Shown piece by piece: positions 17,208 to 23,971 of a DNA stretch of 32,000 nt. The stretch is from assembly GCF_009617975.1 (NCBI RefSeq), contig NZ_CP040089.1, forward strand, positions 900,001-932,000, given 5' to 3'. Every line of letters starts with the position of its first letter. The stretch's first letter is position 1. Source of the stretch: Candidatus Nanohalobium constans (lineage in GTDB: Archaea; Nanohalarchaeota; Nanosalinia; Nanosalinales; Nanosalinaceae). The position numbers were made by a program, and so were the translations under genes. The notes below the pieces were generated by a model, which saw only the letters and a program-made list of their open reading frames with translations, was not told the origin of the DNA and did not search any database.

Positions 17208-18040
17208 ATTTAAAAGGGATACTTCTTTCGCTGGGGCAGAGGACCGAGAAATTCTTCCCACAGTTGGAAAGAGAGCTTAGAGCCGCCCGGATGGATACAA
17301 CCCCCAGCGAATATCTTTCCGAATGCGTAAAGAAAGCGTTTAAATTAGGTTTCCCATCAGCTGTATCACTGATAGCTGCCGGAGTGATAACTGACGTCAG
17401 CTCAACGATTAAGATAGGTGTTGCATGTTTCCCTATCCTTATTTTCATGGGTTTCATCACTTTCGCAAAGTATCCTGCGATTAAGGCGAAGAAAAGGACC
17501 AGAAAGCTGGAAAAAGACCTGCCGTACGCCTTGAGGGATATACTGATAGAGATAAAATCAGGCATACCCTTGTACGATGCGATGAAAACCGTTACCGACG
17601 GATACGGGGAGGCTTCAGAAGAATTTGAAATAATTGTAAAAGATATTGACGGAGGTAAATCTACAATTGAGGCTTTAGAGGAATCTATAGTTAGAAACCC
17701 GAGCGAACAGTACAGGAGAGCTATGTGGCAGATAAACAACTCAATAAAATCCGGTACAGATATCTCTGTCACACTTGAATCAGTTGTTGACTCCATAATC
17801 CAGGATCAAAAACTTATGATAAAGAAGTACGGGAAAGAACTGAATCCTTATGTCCTGGTATACCTATTGCTTGCGGTTGTAGGTCCGAGCCTGGGAATAA
17901 CCGGAGTTATAGTAATATCCAGCTTCACAGGAATTTCTGTAAACCAACAACTGTATATCGCAGTTTTATTCGGATTGGTTGTAGCCCAAGTATTTTTCCT
18001 GAACCTCATCAAGTCTAAAAGACCGGAGGTGAAAGCATGA
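17204..18040 (+). CDS. Pilus platform membrane protein, single T2SSF domain (TadB/FlaJ-N-like)
   Basis: 278 aa. The cytoplasmic helical T2SSF-like block is LPYALRDILIEIKSGIPLYDAMKTV...GGKSTIEALEES, flanked by TM helices. ATGA overlaps occur on both sides. Confidence 0.75.
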   Translation: MNLKGILLSLGQRTEKFFPQLERELRAARMDTTPSEYLSECVKKAFKLGFPSAVSLIAAGVITDVSSTIKIGVACFPILIFMGFITFAKYPAIKAKKRTRKLEKDLPYALRDILIEIKSGIPLYDAMKTVTDGYGEASEEFEIIVKDIDGGKSTIEALEESIVRNPSEQYRRAMWQINNSIKSGTDISVTLESVVDSIIQDQKLMIKKYGKELNPYVLVYLLLAVVGPSLGITGVIVISSFTGISVNQQLYIAVLFGLVVAQVFFLNLIKSKRPEVKA

Positions 18041-19008
18041 GCCAGTTAGACGCAATATATCAGCTTCATCCGAAAAGATACAGGGATAAAATAGAGGAGG
18101 AAAGTAATTACGCGAGCATTGAGAACCAGAAACAGGCGGTATTAAGCATCGGTAGCTTAGGAGTAGCAATCTGCAGCCTAATCATCTTCCTAATACCTTA
18201 CAGCACCACAATAAGAGGGGTTATAGCCGCGCTAGCTCTTCCAATAGTCTACTTTTCCTTCCCCTATATAGCTATTTCTGTAGCAGCAGAGAGAAGAAGA
18301 AAAGAGATGGAAAGAGTCTTACCAGACGCCCTGCTGCTTATAAGCACCAATATTAAATCCGGCACAAGTATTAACCGTGCATTCCTGGCCAGTTCCCGGG
18401 AAGAATTCGGTCCTTTAGAAGACGAACTGAGAACCACAGCAATCGAAATCTCAGGCGGTAAATCAGTTCAAGAAGCGTTAGACAACTTGAGGAAAAGAGT
18501 TAACTCCGGTCTATTCCAGGATACCTTGAAAGTACTGTCTGACGCCATTGAGTCAGGTGGAAATACTGCTGAGCTACTTGAATCAAGTGCAGAAGACATA
18601 AGAACCTCTCTAGAATTGCGGGAAGAGGTAAAGTCTAGCATCAGGATGTATACTATTTTTATTGTGATGGCTGCTGTCTTTGGAGCACCTATTCTGTTCT
18701 CAATTACTGTTTACATGGCTGAGACTACTACTCAGATGTGGTCACAGACAGATCTGTCCGGTGAGGCTTCAAGCTTTGCTAGCGGAGGCAGTACCGGGCT
18801 TTCATTTGAGCAGCCTGATGTGAACACTGATTTCTTGGTGCAGTTCTCTATATTGGCATTGACAATAACTAATTTCTTCGCTAGTTTGATTATATCGCAG
18901 ATAAGTAACGGAAATATGAAGGAAGGTGCTAAATACATACCGTTCACAGTCTCTATATCTGTAGGTTTGTTCCTTGCTGTGAAAACTTTGCTCGGAAGTT
19001 TTCTCTGA
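18037..19008 (+). CDS. Pilus platform membrane protein, single T2SSF domain (TadC/FlaJ-C-like)
   Basis: 323 aa. LPDALLLISTNIKSGTSINRAFLAS...GGKSVQEALDNL...SGGNTAELLESSAEDIR is a T2SSF-like block flanked by TM helices. Confidence 0.8.
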   Translation: MSQLDAIYQLHPKRYRDKIEEESNYASIENQKQAVLSIGSLGVAICSLIIFLIPYSTTIRGVIAALALPIVYFSFPYIAISVAAERRRKEMERVLPDALLLISTNIKSGTSINRAFLASSREEFGPLEDELRTTAIEISGGKSVQEALDNLRKRVNSGLFQDTLKVLSDAIESGGNTAELLESSAEDIRTSLELREEVKSSIRMYTIFIVMAAVFGAPILFSITVYMAETTTQMWSQTDLSGEASSFASGGSTGLSFEQPDVNTDFLVQFSILALTITNFFASLIISQISNGNMKEGAKYIPFTVSISVGLFLAVKTLLGSFL

Positions 19009-19041
19009 AAAACTTTTAAACAGTCGATACAATCAATACCT

Positions 19042-19500
19042 ATGGAAAAACTTTTTAGACAGAGGAAAGGTCAGTCCGCGATTGAGTACTTAACTACATA
19101 CGGATGGATGCTTCTAGTAATCGCCATTGTTGGAGGAGCAATCTTCACAACAGTACAAGGCAACTCCAACTTGAGCTCGGTTACAGGTTTCCAAGGAGAA
19201 GATGTGCAGATCACCAACTTCGGATTAGACAGTAGCGATAATCTGCAGATGGAGATCAGAGCACAAACTTCTGAACAGGCAACCATCAGAGAAGTCATAT
19301 TAAGCAACGATGGAAACAGCGCAAGCAACACTTCAGTCGATAAAACTATTGATGTAGGAGAGACAAAGACAGTCACACTGACAGGAGTAAGTAGTGACAG
19401 CGTATCAAATGACTTCGATGTAGAAATTGTTTACGACACCGGCGGACTATCCAACTTGACTGTGAACGGCACCATGACAGGCAGCTTCACGGTACAGTAA
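19042..19500 (+). CDS. Archaeal type IV pilin-like protein (class III signal peptide)
   Basis: The N-terminus is MEKLFRQRKGQ/SAIEYLTTYGWMLLVIAIVGGAIF. Its body is collinear with 14053..14490 (FGLDSSDNLQMEIRA versus FGVDNSDNFVLDIQN). Confidence 0.8.
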   Translation: MEKLFRQRKGQSAIEYLTTYGWMLLVIAIVGGAIFTTVQGNSNLSSVTGFQGEDVQITNFGLDSSDNLQMEIRAQTSEQATIREVILSNDGNSASNTSVDKTIDVGETKTVTLTGVSSDSVSNDFDVEIVYDTGGLSNLTVNGTMTGSFTVQ

Positions 19501-19511
19501 ATCAAGAACTC

Positions 19512-19533
19512 TTTTTTCCTTATTACTCTTTTT
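19512..19533 (+). terminator. Oligo-T tracts (T6 then T5) downstream of the pilin gene; candidate archaeal intrinsic terminator
   Basis: The sequence cTTTTTTcc...cTTTTTa begins 12 nt after the stop of 19042..19500, in the convergent gap. Confidence 0.35.
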
Positions 19534-20632
19534 ATTTGATTAACTCATTCAAGCCATGTTCTTCAGCCAATCCCCGACTCATACTGTAGTTAGACCAGAC
19601 ACTAGGAGAAGAAATTGTTTCTATTTCAACCAGGTCCAGTCCCGAAGAGTCTAATCTTTCGTAGATTATCTCTGATTCAGTGTTTGAAGTGTTTGAGGCG
19701 ACAGTAAATACTCCCTGATTATTTGAACCTCTCGTATCCTCATTGATTCTGTCTACAAGAGAAGGAGTGTCTGTATGGGATGTAGGCATGTAGCAGTCCC
19801 GGTTGATTGCCTTGCCGAAGTTTGATGTCCAGAAGCCTTCATGGATTATGACCTTTCTTCCGTTTGAGACGTCAGGCGTTGAAGATGTTCCAGCTACAAA
19901 GTTTGAGTTGTAACTGCTAGGGTTTGAGGGCTCGACCTGTGAGAAGTATCCTCCAAAGTCCTCGACATCTACTGTCGAGTATTTTGAGACATTTTCGGTG
20001 ACCAGGATCTTGGTTTCAGAGGGGTTGAGCGGTAGATCAGGTTCAACTACTGCATCTCCTCTGGCTGTTCCGGAGTTGGAGGATCCGCGGTATTTTTTGG
20101 CAGCCAGTTTATCAAAGCTGCATGCTGCTATTTTCCTAGAGTACGGCGTAGACTCTAGTAACGGGTCTTCTATTTCCGGTACTGTAGACGCCGTGATCTC
20201 TGATGACTGGCTTAACCGGTTTAGAATTATGTTGAGATTTGAACCCGTTTTCAGCGACAGGTTTTTTATTGAAACCGTCAGGTTTGATGTATTTAATCCT
20301 TTAATTCTACTGGACTGTTTTTGCGATGTTTTTGTGTATTTGGACAGGGTTGCAGACCTGATGTTGTTTCCGGAGTAGTTTCCCGTCACCATCAGTTCTT
20401 TGATTATTTTTTCAGTGTTTTGCAGCGTTTCATCGCTGTTTTTGTTCTTTATGTATTGTTTCAGGGCGTCTTCTGCATAGTTGGATTGTGTCTGAGTTAT
20501 TGATTTTTCCAGTGAGTTGAAGTATGAAGGTTCTGCTACCTGGGTTTCGACAGAGCTGAGGGATGTGAATGCTACTGCTACTAGTATTGAGGCTGCTAGG
20601 AGAGCGAACGGTGAGTATGCTAATCCTTTAAT
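19532..20632 (-). CDS. Large pilin-like/adhesin-like protein, S/T/N-rich; start extended 240 nt upstream of the tracked ATG to a putative ATT start
   Basis: The frame is open from 20644 to 20393 with no ATG/GTG/TTG. It encodes IKGLAYSPFALLAASILVAVAFTSL..., a KG + hydrophobic-helix N-terminus like those of its operon neighbours. GGTGG lies 6 nt before the ATT at 20632-20630. The ATT overlaps the upstream TAA stop. Confidence 0.6.
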   Translation of the reverse strand: MKGLAYSPFALLAASILVAVAFTSLSSVETQVAEPSYFNSLEKSITQTQSNYAEDALKQYIKNKNSDETLQNTEKIIKELMVTGNYSGNNIRSATLSKYTKTSQKQSSRIKGLNTSNLTVSIKNLSLKTGSNLNIILNRLSQSSEITASTVPEIEDPLLESTPYSRKIAACSFDKLAAKKYRGSSNSGTARGDAVVEPDLPLNPSETKILVTENVSKYSTVDVEDFGGYFSQVEPSNPSSYNSNFVAGTSSTPDVSNGRKVIIHEGFWTSNFGKAINRDCYMPTSHTDTPSLVDRINEDTRGSNNQGVFTVASNTSNTESEIIYERLDSSGLDLVEIETISSPSVWSNYSMSRGLAEEHGLNELIK

Positions 20633-21080
20633 TTGAAACCACCATTACTGCTTTTCTCGGTCCGACAAAAGTATTGTTAATTTTGATATCAGGCGTTATT
20701 ATCTGATCTGCTATAAGCTTGTCTTCTTCGCTTGGTTTAAGCCCTCCACATATCTTATCTCTCTGAGTAGTGTTAGACATGTATAATGCAAATCTTTTCG
20801 ACCTGTTGAAATAGTTGTTGCATATCTCATCGGCTTTTGTACTGTTTCCTGCGTAATGCTGCCGGTAGATGTGTGAAAGAACCGTTTTACTTGAGTTTAT
20901 TGATGAATTCCATTGGCTGGTTTCTTGAATGGATGCAGTGTGGAGAAGATCTAGGTCAGGCGAGTCACTGTTTTGATCGTTTCTTGGATTATGCGCCATT
21001 ATCATTCCTACAGCTGCCAGAAGTATCATTGATGCCGTAAGAGCATCCATTGAAAAGTAGAAGCCTTTTTTTACTGCCAT
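20628..21080 (-). CDS. Pilin-like protein (class III-type signal peptide)
   Basis: The N-terminus is MAVKKG/FYFSMDALTASMILLAAVGMIMA. It has six N-x-S/T sequons. It lies in the operon of similar genes. Confidence 0.6.
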   Translation of the reverse strand: MAVKKGFYFSMDALTASMILLAAVGMIMAHNPRNDQNSDSPDLDLLHTASIQETSQWNSSINSSKTVLSHIYRQHYAGNSTKADEICNNYFNRSKRFALYMSNTTQRDKICGGLKPSEEDKLIADQIITPDIKINNTFVGPRKAVMVVSN

Positions 21081-21589
21081 GTGTAATACCTTAGTTCTGC
21101 TCTTTCACGGTTTTCTTCCAAAACAGATATCTGCTTGCTGACATAAACTGTTGAGTTGTCGGGATACCTATCTCCATCCTCAGAACCTATGAAAACCTCC
21201 AATGGTCTGCCCTCATGATTCGCTAGAGAGCCGTTAAGAGTGTAGACTCCTAGATAGAACTCTTGAGCCTTCATAACCTGCCTCTGGCGTTCAAGAGAGA
21301 CATCACGCAGCTCAAGCACTTTCTCAGCACTCAGGTAACCTTCCTGGTAGAGACCTGGAACAGTTACATTTGTAGAGTTCCAGTTTTGAGGTGCGCCGTC
21401 TGTCTTCAGAAGGCTGAAAGTATAGTCGTGCTGCACCTCAACCTCGTTCTGATCATCCAGAAACATCTCCATAGATGTATTCCAGATTACTGCAAATATC
21501 AGCAGAAAAAACGAGAAGATAGCTACGCTAGCCACAAAATCAGGCGTAAACACCTGTCCCTTAGCCCTCAATCTCTGTAGCACCTCCAT
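21071..21589 (-). CDS. Pilin-like protein (class III-type signal peptide)
   Basis: From the ATG at 21589 the sequence is MEVLQRLRAKGQ/VFTPDFVASVAIFSFFLLIFAVIW. The tracked ORF starts 2 codons earlier at a TTG. Confidence 0.6.
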   Translation of the reverse strand: MEVLQRLRAKGQVFTPDFVASVAIFSFFLLIFAVIWNTSMEMFLDDQNEVEVQHDYTFSLLKTDGAPQNWNSTNVTVPGLYQEGYLSAEKVLELRDVSLERQRQVMKAQEFYLGVYTLNGSLANHEGRPLEVFIGSEDGDRYPDNSTVYVSKQISVLEENRERAELRYYTWQ

Positions 21590-21941
21590 CTTCAACCAAA
21601 TAAGCCTGTGTTGAGTTTAAGGAGATTAAAGAGCCTTGATAGCTTGTAGGAAAGTTAGCATCACCTTCACCGTAATCTGCGGACACGAGTCCGTCTCCAA
21701 CAGTTATATTGTACTCTCTCTGCAAATCAGGACTGAAAACAAGTTTTTTGGAAACATTATCCTCAGAATTAACATAATCAAAAGTATAAGCAACTTTTTG
21801 AGCAACGCCCAAAGCCTCAGATTGAGGTGAAGCACGGTTAAACTGTGCTGAGCGATCAGCCAAAGCCGAAACCAGGATTGAGGATGCCAGTAAAGCTATT
21901 GCCAGCAAAGAGATAAACTCTATGCTTATCTGTCCTCTCAA
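21561..21941 (-). CDS. Pilin-like protein (class III signal peptide), TTG start
   Basis: The N-terminus is (TTG)RGQ/ISIEFISLLAIALLASSILVSAL. The TTG overlaps the upstream TGA (TTGA). GGTGAT lies 4 nt upstream. Confidence 0.7.
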   Translation of the reverse strand: MRGQISIEFISLLAIALLASSILVSALADRSAQFNRASPQSEALGVAQKVAYTFDYVNSEDNVSKKLVFSPDLQREYNITVGDGLVSADYGEGDANFPTSYQGSLISLNSTQAYLVEDGGATEIEG

Positions 21942-22372
21942 GATATCACCGACGCATTAATCCCGTTCCTGGCTTTCCTCACAGAGATATCATGTATTCC
22001 TTCCTCAGTAAGAAGCTGAGAATTATTCAAGTCAAAATCAACATCTAACAGAATAGAACGATTAACCTCCTCACCACGAGCAGAAACCTCCAAAATCAAG
22101 GCAGAACCACCACCCAACTCAGGATTATACACCTTCTCAACACCTCCAGGACTTTGAAACTCAACAACACGCCTAGCAGGAAAAGAAGACTGATTCAACT
22201 CAACAGCAGTACCCCGCACCTCCTTAAGAGACTGATCCAAATCCAAAAAACGAGAAGCATCCCTCAACTCAATGATAGACGACTGAGAAGCAAAAATAAA
22301 CGGACTAGACAAAACCAGCGCCATACCAACAACCATCGTCAACTCAACCGAGGACTGCCCCTTCAAACCCAT
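21938..22372 (-). CDS. Pilin-like protein (class III signal peptide), first gene of the minor-pilin operon
   Basis: From the ATG at 22372 the sequence is MGLKGQ/SSVELTMVVGMALVLSSPFIF. Confidence 0.7.
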   Translation of the reverse strand: MGLKGQSSVELTMVVGMALVLSSPFIFASQSSIIELRDASRFLDLDQSLKEVRGTAVELNQSSFPARRVVEFQSPGGVEKVYNPELGGGSALILEVSARGEEVNRSILLDVDFDLNNSQLLTEEGIHDISVRKARNGINASVIS

Positions 22373-22475
22373 ACACAACAAATGGGAAAAACTCTGTAAT
22401 AAAAAGAACGACCCAGAAACCCAAAAGCAGAAAAAACAGTCCTAAAATCAAATAAAGATAAGAGAAGACTTAAAA

Positions 22476-23219
22476 ATGGCAACAACAGAAGAAAAACAGA
22501 GAATAAAAGAATTAGCCGCCAAAGGCAAATCAGTAAACACTATAAAAGATAAACTAGAGTTGCCAAAGTCAACAGTCTACTACCACTTCAAAAAAGAAGT
22601 CGGTCAGAAACAAAAAGAAAACAGACTAAAAATACCGGAAGACGAAGAAGTAAAAGGCGAAATATGCGGTATTTTCGCCGGCGATGGAAATTATTATGAG
22701 GACAAGAATTACAAGTACCGCGTGAAATTCACTCTTAATATCAACGACAACTATTGGAAGAACTTAGCAGCTTTTCTTGAAAATAGCCTTGATAAGAAAC
22801 CTAGAGTTAATCATCAAGAGAATTATAACAGGACAAATCTTCGATACGAATCAAAAGAACTGATAGATTTCTTGAGAGAAAAGTTAGATTGGAGCGAAGA
22901 GGATAAGACCGGAACAATCAGACTTGGTAGTTTGGAATACAGTCAAGAGTTCAAAATAGGTTTCCTAAGAGGGCTTCTAGACACAGACGGATTTGTAAGC
23001 AAGAAACAGAATAGAATAACTTTCAATTCAATTAGCAAAAATTTGACAGAGAATGTCTCAGAAATACTGGAAGAAAGACAGATAGATCATGAAATAGTAA
23101 GAGATGTAGATAAGAGGGAAAGTTGCAGAGACATGTATAGAGCTAGAATAACCGGAGACAAAGTCAAAGAATTAATCCGAATTATAGAACCCAGACATCC
23201 AAAGAAAGGTATTCAGTAA
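22476..23219 (+). CDS. Free-standing double-motif LAGLIDADG homing-endonuclease-like protein with an N-terminal HTH
   Basis: Motif 1 is ICGIFAGDGNYY and motif 2 is GFLRGLLDTDGFVS, about 100 aa apart, and both retain the acidic residue. The N-terminus TEEKQRIKELAAKGKSVNTIKDKLELPKSTVYYHFKK looks like a resolvase/Hin-type HTH. Confidence 0.8.
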   Translation: MATTEEKQRIKELAAKGKSVNTIKDKLELPKSTVYYHFKKEVGQKQKENRLKIPEDEEVKGEICGIFAGDGNYYEDKNYKYRVKFTLNINDNYWKNLAAFLENSLDKKPRVNHQENYNRTNLRYESKELIDFLREKLDWSEEDKTGTIRLGSLEYSQEFKIGFLRGLLDTDGFVSKKQNRITFNSISKNLTENVSEILEERQIDHEIVRDVDKRESCRDMYRARITGDKVKELIRIIEPRHPKKGIQ

Positions 23220-23254
23220 TGAAAAGTATTGAAAACAATTTTAGGAAGCTAGAG

Positions 23255-23362
23255 CGCGGAGCCCGGGATTTGAACCCGGGTTACCACCGGTGCTGCCCAC
23301 AAAACAATGATTGATTTGTGGTTGACAGGGTGGTATGATGGGCCAGACTACACTAGCTCCGC
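23255..23362 (-). tRNA. tRNA-Asp (anticodon GTC) with a 33-nt intron at the canonical 37/38 position; no encoded CCA
   Basis: Folded by hand. The acceptor stem is GCGGAGC/GCTCCGC. The D arm is GTGT-AGTCTGGCCCA-TCAT. The anticodon stem is CCACC/GGTGG with loop CTGTCA[intron]C. The T arm is CCGGG-TTCAAAT-CCCGG, and the discriminator is G. Confidence 0.85.
23290..23322 (-). other. tRNA-Asp intron (33 nt)
   Basis: The intron ACCACAAATCAATCATTGTTTTGTGGGCAGCAC forms a CCACAAA/TTTGTGG helix. A CTGT/GCAG helix lies next to it, with bulges at both inferred splice sites (bulge-helix-bulge-like). I set the boundaries by requiring a 7-nt CUGUCAC anticodon loop. Confidence 0.7.
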
Positions 23363-23411
23363 TTACTTTGTGATATAGTTTTAGACTGGAAATTCTTTTA
23401 AACAGTTATCA

Positions 23412-23906
23412 CTATAGCCCGAATTCGCCGTATCTTATGTCTAGGTTGCCACGAATGTTTACTGAGTCTCTTCGGCTGTAGTCTTCTTCCTCTTGTAGCA
23501 GATGTGGTCTGTCGGATTCATCTAAGGCCACTGTTAGGTCTGTGAAGTAATTTAGATTCACTTTGTCTTCTGCAACCGCTGAAAGTGTCACATCTGTGTT
23601 TGATGCGCATCCCCGGTACTGTGTTCCTGCTCTTACAATCGGATCGTAATCAAGTAATTTTTCCGCGTGTTCTTCTGAGATTGTGCCATGATACTCGTCT
23701 CGAACATGGATGTCAAATAGTTCTTCTCCTCCATAGGGAGGGTGATATCCTCCTTGGACCCTTGGTGTGTTTTCTTGCATTGAGATATGGGCTGTGGTTC
23801 CTGGAAAATTTTTTACAGCCTCAGGGATTTTTTCTGAGAGGATTCCATTATCGAATTTTTCGTCTCCTCGGGCATGTGTGACTAGCATCAGTGGTTCCTG
23901 AGACAT
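23412..23906 (-). CDS. Hypothetical acidic protein (164 aa)
   Basis: It is a clean ORF filling the gap with acidic composition like its neighbours. I recognise no motif with confidence. IVRAGTQYRGCASNTDVTLSA is only vaguely isochorismatase-like. Confidence 0.5.
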   Translation of the reverse strand: MSQEPLMLVTHARGDEKFDNGILSEKIPEAVKNFPGTTAHISMQENTPRVQGGYHPPYGGEELFDIHVRDEYHGTISEEHAEKLLDYDPIVRAGTQYRGCASNTDVTLSAVAEDKVNLNYFTDLTVALDESDRPHLLQEEEDYSRRDSVNIRGNLDIRYGEFGL

Positions 23907-23971
23907 AGAAGCGATATATTACTAACACTTAAGTAGTAACACTTGTTGTTAAAAGCTAAACAGAGAATTTT

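Noticed and set aside
17188-17796. A 202-aa minus-strand ORF, and similar antisense or alternative-frame ORFs (673..1092, 6025..6300, 6430..6747, 11314..11622, 11757..12122, 12252..12635, 19071..19376, 19998..20378, 29345..29743 and others).
   Set aside because: All lie wholly inside genes with strong motif support on the other strand or frame. Their compositions are atypical (S/L/R/C-rich). They are by-products of biased codon usage.
20054-20062. An RGD tripeptide (ARGDAV) in the large pilin-like protein, considered as an adhesion motif.
   Set aside because: A three-residue motif is expected by chance, and another RGD occurs in the unrelated protein 23412..23906. No integrin-type partner is known for archaea.
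20628-20650. A +1 frameshift fusing 20628..21080 to the downstream large ORF.
   Set aside because: The downstream reading frame begins with its own KG + hydrophobic helix, a signal-peptide-like N-terminus that would make little sense mid-protein. A correctly spaced GGTGG precedes the ATT. Independent initiation is the simpler reading, though a sequence error cannot be excluded.
23923-23944. A direct repeat TAACACTT (23923 and 23937) in the divergent promoter region between 23412..23906 and 23972..25153.
   Set aside because: An 8-nt repeat in a 65-nt AT-rich spacer is within chance expectation. There is no third copy or palindromic partner.
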